Sequence record: ON190024.1
Strand: one strand, 5' to 3'
DNA length: 64,000 nucleotides
Both the position numbers and the translations under genes were made by a program. Below are positions 37,495 to 46,393 of this stretch, piece by piece; within the stretch, counting starts at the first letter, position 1, and every line of letters begins with the position of its first letter. A model generated the notes under the pieces. That model had not been told where the DNA came from, did not search any database, and saw only the letters and a list, made by a program, of their open reading frames with translations.

Positions 37495-38211
37495 ATGAAA
37501 GTAGTATCTGTTCTAAGCGGTGGCTTGGACTCAACAATCCTTACGTACAAACTAGTTGACGAATTCGGCAAAGACAATGTGTTTGCATTATCGTTCTACT
37601 ACGGTCAAAAACAGTCGATTGAGCTAGAAAAGGCTAAATTGACTTGTCAAAAGCTCGGCATCGAGCATCGTCTAATTGACATTTCATTCTTAGGTGAAGT
37701 CGTCGCGCCAGTCTGTGCGAATATCGCTGGTTCAGATGTTGCTATGCCAACTATTCAAGATGTTCTCGGTGACCCTCAGCCACCAACTGAAGTCCCATAT
37801 CGTAACATGCTATTGAACACAATCGCGTTCTCATTCGCACAAGCAAATGGTTGTTCAGCGGTGTTTACGGGTATTCAAGTGCATGACGCATATGGTTATT
37901 GGGACTGCACGCAAGATTTTCTTGACAGTATGAACAAAATTTCAGCACTGAATCGTCAACACGAAATCACATTACATGCGCCATTCGCTCAAATGTCAAA
38001 AGCTGATGAAATCGCTATCGGTGTTCAGCTTGGTGTGCCGTTCGAGGATAGTCTGACGTGTTACGACCCGAACGAAGCTGGCGAAAGCTGTGGTAAATGT
38101 CCGTCATGTGCTGAACGCATCATGAACTTCGGCAAAGCTGGTATCGTCGATCCTGCGCCTTACTCAATTGACATCCCGTGGGAGCAAGTATTTGCTAAGG
38201 CAGGTCATTAA
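37495..38211 (+). CDS. queC: 7-cyano-7-deazaguanine synthase
   Basis: SGGLDST, YGQK, VPYRN, CYDP, CGKCPSC. Confidence 0.93.
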   Translation: MKVVSVLSGGLDSTILTYKLVDEFGKDNVFALSFYYGQKQSIELEKAKLTCQKLGIEHRLIDISFLGEVVAPVCANIAGSDVAMPTIQDVLGDPQPPTEVPYRNMLLNTIAFSFAQANGCSAVFTGIQVHDAYGYWDCTQDFLDSMNKISALNRQHEITLHAPFAQMSKADEIAIGVQLGVPFEDSLTCYDPNEAGESCGKCPSCAERIMNFGKAGIVDPAPYSIDIPWEQVFAKAGH

Positions 38212-38819
38212 TGTGTGGATTATTTGCTGCTAGAAGCAAGCAAGAGCTTATTGAATTGTCAAAAAGCAACATTCATCGTGGTTCGCGTACTCACTCTGTG
38301 AGTACGTTCAAGAACGGTCACGTGACGATTCATAAGTTTACAGGCGCGTTTGACGCGACGAATGTGCCTGATAGTGCAGATTTCTATATCTGTCACGTAC
38401 AAGCACCAACGGGAACAAGTGCTCAAGCACATCCAGCTATTGTGACAATCGAAGAGAATGGTCAGTTACACGATTCACACGTGTGGCACAATGGCATTCT
38501 TAAAGATCATTACATGAAAAAGCAGTCTCAAGATTGGGATACTGCACACATTGCCGAAGCAATTTGCTACGGAAAACTAAACGAACTTGACGGTACATTT
38601 GCTTGTTTTCACTTCATAAACGGTCATTTGCGTGTATTTCGCAATGAAATCAGCCCGCTGTTCACGAGTGAAGACGGGACATCGTTTAGCAGCACGCGAA
38701 CGATTCTCACGCCAGAGCATGTTGAGCCGAATAAAGTGTTTAACATCGACTTGAAGACGTTTAAAATGTCAATCGTAAACGAGTTCAAGACTCTAGAAAA
38801 CCCCTATTTCTTTATGTGA
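38211..38819 (+). CDS. Class II (Ntn) glutamine amidotransferase
   Basis: N-terminal MCG, NIHRG, HVQAPT, WHNGIL, DT, FRN..PLF. Confidence 0.8.
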   Translation: MCGLFAARSKQELIELSKSNIHRGSRTHSVSTFKNGHVTIHKFTGAFDATNVPDSADFYICHVQAPTGTSAQAHPAIVTIEENGQLHDSHVWHNGILKDHYMKKQSQDWDTAHIAEAICYGKLNELDGTFACFHFINGHLRVFRNEISPLFTSEDGTSFSSTRTILTPEHVEPNKVFNIDLKTFKMSIVNEFKTLENPYFFM

Positions 38820-38827
38820 GGTAAAAC

Positions 38828-39103
38828 ATGATTGAAGTGAATATCGACGACTTGCTTAAAAACGGCAAAGTCACATTTGAATTTGAGAAAGCAGACGGTA
38901 CTATCAAGACAGTGACTGGTACGCGCAATCTCGATTTCATCCCTGCTGAGTTTCACCCGAAAGAAAATCCGTTAGCTGAAGGCGAGACGAAGCCAGAGAA
39001 AACAGAAAAGCAAAAAGCAACATGCGGTTACTTCGATCTCGAAGCTAATGGCTGGCGCTCATTCAAACGTGCAAATCTTCGCGAAGTAAAATCGTTTGTA
39101 TAA
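38828..39103 (+). CDS. SH3/WYL-like small protein (T4 61.1-type)
   Basis: FEFEKADGTIK..TGTRN...FDLEANGWRSFK. Confidence 0.6.
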   Translation: MIEVNIDDLLKNGKVTFEFEKADGTIKTVTGTRNLDFIPAEFHPKENPLAEGETKPEKTEKQKATCGYFDLEANGWRSFKRANLREVKSFV

Positions 39104-39296
39104 CGACCCGTTTGCTGAACAATTGCGCGTCGGACAGTGGATTCTTCACAAGAAGACGGGTAATGTGTATATAGTAACGAGTAAAGGCAAACTCAAGTTC
39201 GACGGTAAATGGTATAATTCTGTCACTTACACGAGCGAACTAGGCGACGTATATACAAGAACATACGACGACTTCCGCGGGTTTGAACTAGCATAA
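39096..39296 (+). CDS. Hypothetical protein
   Basis: HKKTGNVY, VTY; overlaps previous. Confidence 0.6.
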   Translation: MYNDPFAEQLRVGQWILHKKTGNVYIVTSKGKLKFDGKWYNSVTYTSELGDVYTRTYDDFRGFELA

Positions 39297-39401
39297 GTCC
39301 GCACTGAGAGACGGTCGCAGTGCGCTGATAAAACAGCGATCAACAAATAGGAGTGATGGGCCCTAACTCATCAATTCATCAACTTTCGTGAGATCTATAT
39401 A

Positions 39402-39608
39402 ATGGCTACAGATAAAGAATTACTCAATGACGTAAACAACTTCTGGATTGGTTGGGATCAACGCGGTCCCGAGAGTCGAGATTACGATGTTGAGCACGGT
39501 AATATGCGCAAGAAATGTCGTGAGTTTGAAGAGCGTAAGAAAGCTACAGACGAACGCATTGCAGCATTTGAAGAAACACGAAACAAATACAAAAGACGAG
39601 AGAAATAA
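39402..39608 (+). CDS. Hypothetical protein
   Basis: ORF coupled to gene 31. Confidence 0.6.
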   Translation: MATDKELLNDVNNFWIGWDQRGPESRDYDVEHGNMRKKCREFEERKKATDERIAAFEETRNKYKRREK

Positions 39609-39946
39609 TGACACTTAAAGCATACGCAATGGGCGAACAAATCATCATCGACACAAAAGCTGTTAAAGAAGGTGAAGAAATCAAATCCGAAGGCGGCATC
39701 GTTCTAGGACGTGCAACACAAGGTGAAGTTCCGCTACACGGTATCGTAATTTCTGTCGGTGAAGACGTTGACCAAAACGTCATCAAAGTCGGTGATAAAG
39801 TTCTATTACCACAAGGCAATATGAAAAACGTTCCAGATCCACGCATTATCGCAGGTATCATGAAGCCAGATGATCAAGACCGCGCACTCTGGGTACACAC
39901 TCACTACAAAAATATCGCGGCTGTGTATCGCGACGACGAGGAATAA
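39608..39946 (+). CDS. 31: Head assembly co-chaperonin gp31 (GroES-like)
   Basis: SEGGIVLG mobile loop, GIVISVG, VGDKVLLP, VPDP, HYK. Confidence 0.9.
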   Translation: MTLKAYAMGEQIIIDTKAVKEGEEIKSEGGIVLGRATQGEVPLHGIVISVGEDVDQNVIKVGDKVLLPQGNMKNVPDPRIIAGIMKPDDQDRALWVHTHYKNIAAVYRDDEE

Positions 39947-39947
39947 G

Positions 39948-40337
39948 ATGAACGACAACTTACGAATGATTGAAGTTTCAGCAACTGGTTACTACAGCAA
40001 CGCTACAGCGGCACATACTTGTTGGGTGACTGCTGAATTCGTTGAGAAGTACGAAGACGAAATCAGAAAGTTCGATTTCTACTTCAGCGACCTTGATGGT
40101 AAGCATTCTGAAACTCATGCTGACATTGAAATCTACTCCGACCAACGTGATATGGCATTGGCGTGGAGCGAATCTCAAGGTGAAGATTGGTCAATTACTG
40201 AAATCATGTTCGACCAAGATGTGTTTGAAGATGCTGATATTGAAGAAATGATCAGCCTGAACGAAGACATGAACAACACAATTGAAGTCAAGACACAAAC
40301 AGTCATCACAATCGGTACTGAAACTATCGTTGTATAA
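39948..40337 (+). CDS. Acidic hypothetical protein
   Basis: GAGG SD; DLDGKHSE. Confidence 0.65.
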   Translation: MNDNLRMIEVSATGYYSNATAAHTCWVTAEFVEKYEDEIRKFDFYFSDLDGKHSETHADIEIYSDQRDMALAWSESQGEDWSITEIMFDQDVFEDADIEEMISLNEDMNNTIEVKTQTVITIGTETIVV

Positions 40338-40366
40338 TTCAGCGAAAAGTGAAAGTATAGTTACAC

Positions 40367-40392
40367 AAAAGGGAGCTAATTGCTCCCTTTTT
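40367..40392. terminator. Bidirectional intrinsic terminator
   Basis: AAAA-GGGAGC-TAATT-GCTCCC-TTTTT between convergent genes. Confidence 0.85.
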
Positions 40393-40393
40393 G

Positions 40394-40903
40394 CTATTCA
40401 TCATCTTCTGCGTAACCATACTTGTTGTTGTCAAAGTCACAACGCGGATTATGCAAGAAACTCTTTCTATAAATCTTCTCTAAATCACTCTTCTTAGCGT
40501 TGTCTGGGTACTTAATACCTAGACTGTCCAAATGTTCCTTTTGCTCTTGCAGCTTCAATCGACTGAAGATCTTAGTTTGGTCTTTCGGATGCTGTGGGTG
40601 ATAATCATTATCTGAGTAATCGGCTTCTAGGTAATCAACGAGATTACGCAACCACTGAACGTAATTTATTCCACGCCCTTTCAAACCAGAGCGAGTGAAC
40701 TTGTGAATAACAACACCCTCGTAAGTGTTGCACGCACGACAAAGAACGCCACGGATATGCCCAGTATTATGGTCATGATCAGTATGCGGTGTGCTCTTCT
40801 CTTCACTCAGTTTCGTCCCACATAACACACAACGGTCAAGTTGGCTCATGATGAGTTCGTTGCGGCATTCGGTCAGTTCTGATTGTTTTAATTGCTTGCT
40901 CAT
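40394..40903 (-). CDS. 49: Endonuclease VII (Holliday junction resolvase)
   Basis: CVLC, DHDH..GHIRGVLCRACN.YEG, YHPQH, C-terminal helical domain. Confidence 0.85.
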   Translation of the reverse strand: MSKQLKQSELTECRNELIMSQLDRCVLCGTKLSEEKSTPHTDHDHNTGHIRGVLCRACNTYEGVVIHKFTRSGLKGRGINYVQWLRNLVDYLEADYSDNDYHPQHPKDQTKIFSRLKLQEQKEHLDSLGIKYPDNAKKSDLEKIYRKSFLHNPRCDFDNNKYGYAEDDE

Positions 40904-40982
40904 GTATTTTTCTCAAAAAGTTATTGACTATACTCTTGTTTATATGTACAATGAGAAGGCAAATTCGTATAAGGAATATAAC

Positions 40983-41237
40983 ATGGCAGCAAGACTATTA
41001 AGACAACGACTTGAAACACTCGCGTTGTGTGAGTTTAGTCAAGTTGAAGTGCGATACTTCGAAAACGGTAGCGAACGCTACAAAACACCCGAACTGACAT
41101 TCGATGTAGATGCGAATTCAGCAATCATTGTAATGTCAGACTCAGCCGGTCGAGTTGAATACTCAGACACTGAGATTGAAAAACAAATCGCGAGTCTTGA
41201 AGAACTCGCACATCGTGAACGCTTTTTAGGAATTTAA
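40983..41237 (+). CDS. Hypothetical protein
   Basis: TTGACT-17-TACAAT promoter, AAGGA SD. Confidence 0.65.
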   Translation: MAARLLRQRLETLALCEFSQVEVRYFENGSERYKTPELTFDVDANSAIIVMSDSAGRVEYSDTEIEKQIASLEELAHRERFLGI

Positions 41238-41246
41238 GGTAAATTT

Positions 41247-42254
41247 ATGAGCTTTGTGAAATACACATCATTAGAAAACAGCTACCGTCAAGCATTCGTA
41301 GACAAATGCGACATGCTTGGCGTTCGCGAGTGGGTAGCACTTGAGAAGATTCATGGTGCAAACTTCAGTTTCATCGTCGAGTTCAAGCCGAATGAAGCAC
41401 AAGACGGCGCAGAATTCACTGTAACGCCCGCTAAACGCACTTCTACTATCGGTGCTAACGTTATGGGCGATTACGACTTCTACGGCTGTACGAGCGTTGT
41501 AGAAGCTCACACAGCGAAGATGGAAGCAATCTCAAACTGGCTGTGGGCGCGTGGGATCATCAATGTAGGTGAAACAATCATCGTCTACGGTGAACTTGCA
41601 GGCAAAGGCGTTCAGAAAGAAGTGAACTACGGTGATAAAGACTTCTGGGCTTACGACATCTTGCTGCCTGAAACAGGCAAGTTTCTAGATTGGGATGTCG
41701 TGCTCGAAGCGTGTGAGTTTGCAAAAGTCAAGACGACTCACGAAATTGCTCGTGGCACACTCGATGAACTACTTCGAATTGACCCCCTCTTCAGAAGCTT
41801 TCACACGCCCGCTGACGTTGACGGTGATAATGTAGCAGAAGGGTTCGTTGTTAAGCAATTACGCAATGAGAAACGCTTACACAACGGTTCTCGTGCAATT
41901 CTGAAGGTCAAGAACGATAAGTTCAAAGAGAAAAAGAACAAAGCAGGTAAAACTCCGCGTGCTGCTGTTGTTCTTACTGAAGAGCAAGAGAAACTACACG
42001 CTGCGTTTAGCTGCTACTTAACGGAAAACCGTTTACGCAACGTGCTAAGTAAGCTTGAGACTGTGACACAAAAGCAGTTCGGGATGATCAGCGGTTTATT
42101 CATCAAAGACGCCAAAGATGAGTTTGAGCGTGACGAACTCAACGAAACGGCAATTGCTCGTGATGATTGGGACGTGATCAAGCGTTCACTGACGAATATC
42201 GCCAATGAAATTTTACGCAAGAACTGGCTGGATATTCTAGACGGGAATTTCTAA
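41247..42254 (+). CDS. rnlB: RNA ligase 2
   Basis: EKIHGANFS, VYGELAG, EGFVVK, ILKVKNDKFKE. Confidence 0.9.
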   Translation: MSFVKYTSLENSYRQAFVDKCDMLGVREWVALEKIHGANFSFIVEFKPNEAQDGAEFTVTPAKRTSTIGANVMGDYDFYGCTSVVEAHTAKMEAISNWLWARGIINVGETIIVYGELAGKGVQKEVNYGDKDFWAYDILLPETGKFLDWDVVLEACEFAKVKTTHEIARGTLDELLRIDPLFRSFHTPADVDGDNVAEGFVVKQLRNEKRLHNGSRAILKVKNDKFKEKKNKAGKTPRAAVVLTEEQEKLHAAFSCYLTENRLRNVLSKLETVTQKQFGMISGLFIKDAKDEFERDELNETAIARDDWDVIKRSLTNIANEILRKNWLDILDGNF

Positions 42255-42256
42255 AC

Positions 42257-42451
42257 TTGAAAAAGCGTGCGTGGTTCTTTGTATTTTGCGGAATCGGTGC
42301 TATAAGCTACTTCGGTGGCTTATTCTTAGCGTCGCTGCTTATCTCGAAGTCAATCGAAGCATCTATAATGTTCATCGGAATCGTGTTTCTAGCCCTCTTA
42401 AATACAATCAGAGCGGGCATCGAAGAAGATGAAAACAACAAAGCCCCTTAA
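42257..42451 (+). CDS. Small two-TM membrane protein
   Basis: Hydrophobic ORF, TTG start, followed by terminator. Confidence 0.5.
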   Translation: MKKRAWFFVFCGIGAISYFGGLFLASLLISKSIEASIMFIGIVFLALLNTIRAGIEEDENNKAP

Positions 42452-42478
42452 TTGGGGCTTTTTTATGGGTGAAAGAAA

Positions 42479-43027
42479 ATGGCATTTATGAAAAAAGAGA
42501 AAGACGCAAAAGACATTACCGAAGCAGATATGCAGTACGCAATTGCAGTACAAAGTGTATGGATTCACAAACGCTACACAGCGATTATTCCAAACTGTTA
42601 CACCAAATGGGATAATGAAGCTGATCTGTTTGCTATCCGTCCAAGTGGTCTTTGTGATGAGATTGAAATCAAAGTATCCAAAGCTGATTTTCGAATTGAT
42701 GAACAAAAATCCGTTAAGGTCATCGACGAAAGTACGCCAAATTTACGTTGGCATCGTTACGAAGACGTTCCAAAACGCACAGCATTGCAAGATGGCAAGA
42801 TGTCGAACTACTTCTGGTATGCATTCCCTAAAGGGCTTGTAGACCATGCTGAAGTCCCAGAATGGGCTGGTATAATTGAAGTGGATGGTTATCTGAACGC
42901 CAGAGAAGTAAGAATGCCAAAGCGATTGCATGGTGGAAAGATGACAATCGAAGAGCAGCTAAAACAAATCAAGAAGCTTGGTTATCGCTTCTGGAATCTG
43001 GTTAAAAAGAACAAAAAGGAAAAATGA
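42479..43027 (+). CDS. PD-(D/E)xK nuclease-like protein (MmcB-like)
   Basis: EADLFAI...EIEIKVSKADF...YFWYAFP...PEWAGII. Confidence 0.6.
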   Translation: MAFMKKEKDAKDITEADMQYAIAVQSVWIHKRYTAIIPNCYTKWDNEADLFAIRPSGLCDEIEIKVSKADFRIDEQKSVKVIDESTPNLRWHRYEDVPKRTALQDGKMSNYFWYAFPKGLVDHAEVPEWAGIIEVDGYLNAREVRMPKRLHGGKMTIEEQLKQIKKLGYRFWNLVKKNKKEK

Positions 43028-43049
43028 GGCCCGAAAATTGGGCATCATC

Positions 43050-43103
43050 TTAGTAGAATTAGTAGTTTTAGTGAACTTAGAGATATTAGTAGTATTAGGG
43101 GAT
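43050..43103. repeat. Six degenerate 9-bp tandem repeats (TTAG-phased)
   Basis: TTAG at 43050, 43059, 43068, 43077, 43086, 43095. Confidence 0.85.
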
Positions 43104-43179
43104 TGAAAATAACTTGAGAAAGTTGTTGACAGTCCCCTTTTTTGATCGTACTATACAGTCCTTGAAGCAATTTATGTGA

Positions 43180-43716
43180 GTGAAGACTATGAACTTGAGT
43201 GAGCGTGAAGAAGAGCTAAAATCATTAGCTATCGACCATGTATATGATGGTGAAGTTGCTGTCACTGTTTCATGTGCTGGTATGAATAATTACTACACTG
43301 TTTGCCCGTCAGAGTTCAAAGACTTTTTGGACAACCATGAGGGTACAGCTTATGTAGCATTTGAATGGCACAACATCCCAGATGATTTACAAGATGAAGA
43401 GCTAGACTTTGACGGTCTACTTGCTTGGTTCAATCTAGATGAATCAGAGCGTGAGCTTTGCGAATTCATCTATGATCAGAATATTTGCATGTCTTTCGAA
43501 GATGCAGCCGAGAAGATTCAAGATTGTTGGGTATTCGAAGGCACTGCTGAAGATTATGCAGAACATGTCACCACTGAACTTATGGGTATCAGTGTAGATG
43601 ATATGCCAGCTATCTTACGCAGCAACATTAACTGGGGTGATGTTTTCATCGACCTTGAAGTAGATGGTAACATCTATGAAATGTCACGAGACAAATACTT
43701 AACAGTAAATGGTTAA
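43180..43716 (+). CDS. ArdA-like antirestriction protein
   Basis: Very acidic; EDYAEH..E...MPAILRSNINWGDVFIDL; behind TTGACA-17-TACTAT. Confidence 0.6.
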   Translation: MKTMNLSEREEELKSLAIDHVYDGEVAVTVSCAGMNNYYTVCPSEFKDFLDNHEGTAYVAFEWHNIPDDLQDEELDFDGLLAWFNLDESERELCEFIYDQNICMSFEDAAEKIQDCWVFEGTAEDYAEHVTTELMGISVDDMPAILRSNINWGDVFIDLEVDGNIYEMSRDKYLTVNG

Positions 43717-44295
43717 ATGAGTAGCACAAAAGGTAATGTTAACAAAGACGATTACTACGCTACGCCAGACTGGATAGTTGAAGAGTTTCTACTAGAGTTT
43801 GAAACTCGCATTCAGCATGAGCATGAGAAGAGCATGGCAGGTATGTACGTGCTCGATCCATCGTGTGGTGGTTGTTCAGAGCACAAAGCAGCTTATCCAG
43901 TAGCATACAAGAGCTTGTATCATGTCGATATAGACACGATGGACATTCGTGAAGACAGTCACGCGCAAATTATAGCTAACTATCTTGAAACGTCTGTTCA
44001 GAAAGACTATTACGACATGATTATGACTAACCCGCCATTCAGTTTATCAGTGGATTTTGCTGAAAAAGCAATGTCTGAGATACGCGACGGTGGTTATGTT
44101 GTCATGCTGCAACGTCTTAACTGGCTAGGTAGTATCAAAAGAAAGCCTTTCTGGGACAGTATGCCCCTGAGAGCAGTGATGGTTCATCATCGACGACCGT
44201 CATTTCACGGTACAAAAGGCACAGACTCAATCGAGTATGCGCACTTTATTTTTCAAAAAGGTTACACAGGAAAAGCGGAGTTGATGGTAATATGA
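43717..44295 (+). CDS. Amino-DNA methyltransferase (N6-adenine type)
   Basis: DYYATP, VLDPSCG, TNPPF. Confidence 0.85.
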   Translation: MSSTKGNVNKDDYYATPDWIVEEFLLEFETRIQHEHEKSMAGMYVLDPSCGGCSEHKAAYPVAYKSLYHVDIDTMDIREDSHAQIIANYLETSVQKDYYDMIMTNPPFSLSVDFAEKAMSEIRDGGYVVMLQRLNWLGSIKRKPFWDSMPLRAVMVHHRRPSFHGTKGTDSIEYAHFIFQKGYTGKAELMVI

Positions 44296-44501
44296 TTACT
44301 TCAGTTGAAACTTATGAGGGTCTGCTAGACACTTTCGAGCGCCCACAACAAATGAAAATCGTATCTGGTGAAGTTCACTATTCGATTTTTGGTATTAAAG
44401 TGCTACGTCGCAAATGCGACCTATTGCTAGAGACTTACTTGGTTTCAACTGACTCTCTTCTTGGCGATGTGTACATGTGGCACGTGGCAAAACGTTTATG
44501 A
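44292..44501 (+). CDS. Hypothetical protein
   Basis: ATGA overlap. Confidence 0.55.
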   Translation: MITSVETYEGLLDTFERPQQMKIVSGEVHYSIFGIKVLRRKCDLLLETYLVSTDSLLGDVYMWHVAKRL

Positions 44502-44521
44502 GAAAATTATTAAGGGAATTT

Positions 44522-44881
44522 ATGTCAAACTTCAAAGCAAATCTAGTATCTCGCAGCACGATTACTGTGAATAACAAGACATATCACGGCACGAGCGTAA
44601 CTATCAAGAATGGCAAAGTTGTCGTTGATGGTCGTGTTCAAGATGATGTATCTGATACTCAGGTGGTGAACGTGAACATTGAAGGCGATTGTACGCTTGT
44701 TCAAAATGAAAACGGCGATATTAACTGTCGTGATGTTCATGGTGATGCATCAACAACAAATGGTGATGTTGAGTGTGATAACGTCAGCGGTTCAGTATCA
44801 TCTACTAATGGCGACATCAAGTGTGGCAATGTCGGTGGTAGTGTTAGTACAAACAACGGGGATATTATCCGAAAATGGTAG
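44522..44881 (+). CDS. Protein with beta-helix-like STNGD repeats
   Basis: NENGDINC, TTNGDVEC, STNGDIKC, TNNGDI. Confidence 0.7.
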   Translation: MSNFKANLVSRSTITVNNKTYHGTSVTIKNGKVVVDGRVQDDVSDTQVVNVNIEGDCTLVQNENGDINCRDVHGDASTTNGDVECDNVSGSVSSTNGDIKCGNVGGSVSTNNGDIIRKW

Positions 44882-45147
44882 ACCAAACTCGAATCAAAGA
44901 AGTAATCGACACTGCGATTGAGAAAATCGAAGCAGGCTCAACGAGTTCATACAGTGTGCAAGAGTTCACGCCTTGCGACGTTGTGAACTACATGCAAGAA
45001 ATCGGTTACGAAGCGCAAGATCTTGAAACAAATGGCTGGCAAGTTGACTTCTGGCAAGAATTCACCAAAGACGGCTGCAAGAAGATCTGCTTTAATGGCA
45101 GTTGGTACTTCGGTGGCGCAAGTCTAAGTGAGGCTTACGATGAATAA
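44875..45147 (+). CDS. Hypothetical protein
   Basis: ETNGWQVDFW. Confidence 0.65.
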   Translation: MVDQTRIKEVIDTAIEKIEAGSTSSYSVQEFTPCDVVNYMQEIGYEAQDLETNGWQVDFWQEFTKDGCKKICFNGSWYFGGASLSEAYDE

Positions 45148-45439
45148 GCAAACTGATTTCTTTGGTCGTGAGATCAAAGACGGTGACTTTGTACTGCGTG
45201 CAAAGAACTCTGGTCGTTCTTATGCAATGAACGTACTACACGTTGTAGATATGCCAGACGGTAAGCGCAAGTATCTTGAACTGACTACTTACGGTAATTA
45301 CATTCGCAGTAATGCCAAATTACCTAGCGGTAGTTCAGCGACGATTGTCGAGCATGAAGTCGTCGAGAAAGCGTATCCTGATGCGTATCGCGCTGCATTG
45401 CAAGAAGCTGAAAACTTTCGCACGCCAATCCCACAATAA
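45140..45439 (+). CDS. Hypothetical protein
   Basis: DFFGREIKDGDFV; GAGG SD. Confidence 0.65.
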   Translation: MNKQTDFFGREIKDGDFVLRAKNSGRSYAMNVLHVVDMPDGKRKYLELTTYGNYIRSNAKLPSGSSATIVEHEVVEKAYPDAYRAALQEAENFRTPIPQ

Positions 45440-45494
45440 TGCTTGACACGTGTTGTCAGTCATGTATAATTCTCTGTAAACATAGGAGAGCAAT

Positions 45495-45632
45495 ATGATT
45501 GACAACATGATAAAAGACATGATTGAATCTGAGACTGAAGTCGAAGACATCATTGACTGTCTTGTTAACCAGTACAACGTACCTCAAGATGAAGCATTAG
45601 AAGCGATTCACGAGGTACTTAACGAAATGTGA
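45495..45632 (+). CDS. Small acidic protein (45 aa, not in ORF track)
   Basis: GGAGAG SD behind TTGACA..TATAAT. Confidence 0.6.
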   Translation: MIDNMIKDMIESETEVEDIIDCLVNQYNVPQDEALEAIHEVLNEM

Positions 45633-45639
45633 GAAATAT

Positions 45640-45786
45640 ATGACTTTGATTGAAGTGATAACGTTCATGCGTGAGAACGAATCATTGAGACAATTGTATG
45701 AAGACCCTGAAACTGGCGTACTTCATACAATCGTACGAAAGGATGATGGTTTTTATGTGAACGATTCTAAGATTTGTGATCTTTAA
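45640..45786 (+). CDS. Small protein (48 aa), paralog of 49606-49761
   Basis: FMREN...ETG..H...DGFY...KICDL shared with paralog. Confidence 0.65.
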   Translation: MTLIEVITFMRENESLRQLYEDPETGVLHTIVRKDDGFYVNDSKICDL

Positions 45787-46393
45787 GTTTGCAATTGTCG
45801 AAATGCCATCTATGCATCGCAGAAGAACCGCCTGATTTATTGCAATGTGGACACTGTACTAATGGCTTTGGTTTGCCTTTTAGTGAGTCTGACACTTTTT
45901 GTTTGTGTTCATCGGTTAACGTTACTCCGGTACGATCAAATGCTTGACGCTGTTTCTCATTCATTGAATCAGCATTGCCTTTGTTCCACGGTGTTCTGCC
46001 TTTCATCTTCTGCTTTGTCTCTTGTGAAAGGGTTCGACCAGTCAGTGTTTTTGATATTTTCTGTCTTGTCTCTTCGGAAACCGAACGATGCGAGTTTTCA
46101 CGTATGACTTGAAACATTCTTGATGTTGTGCGTGTACGTGATTGTTCACTATTTGATATTAACATCATATTCGCAGCGTACCATAACTTACCTCCGTGAA
46201 TCTTAGCAAGCAATAAATGCGCTATGAAGTGTTCGCGTGCAGTCATTGCGACTAGGTTATCGCTGTCGTCAGTTCCGCCTAAGCAGCGTGGGATTATGTG
46301 ATGTACTTCAACGTAGCAAGGAGCTGAAGATTTAGACCAGTTTCTAGATTGACACTTCTCGATTAGAAGTGTATAATGCTTTTCGTAATTCAT
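45767..46393 (-). CDS. HNH homing endonuclease (Mob-like) with NUMOD3 and C-terminal zinc finger
   Basis: EVHHIIPRCLGGTDDSDNLVAMTAREHFIAH; CPHC...RWHFDNCK. Confidence 0.9.
   Translation of the reverse strand: MNYEKHYTLLIEKCQSRNWSKSSAPCYVEVHHIIPRCLGGTDDSDNLVAMTAREHFIAHLLLAKIHGGKLWYAANMMLISNSEQSRTRTTSRMFQVIRENSHRSVSEETRQKISKTLTGRTLSQETKQKMKGRTPWNKGNADSMNEKQRQAFDRTGVTLTDEHKQKVSDSLKGKPKPLVQCPHCNKSGGSSAMHRWHFDNCKLKDHKS

Noticed and set aside
43050-43103. CRISPR-like array
   Set aside because: 9-bp period with no spacers or long repeats; no cas genes. No CRISPR array found anywhere in the window.
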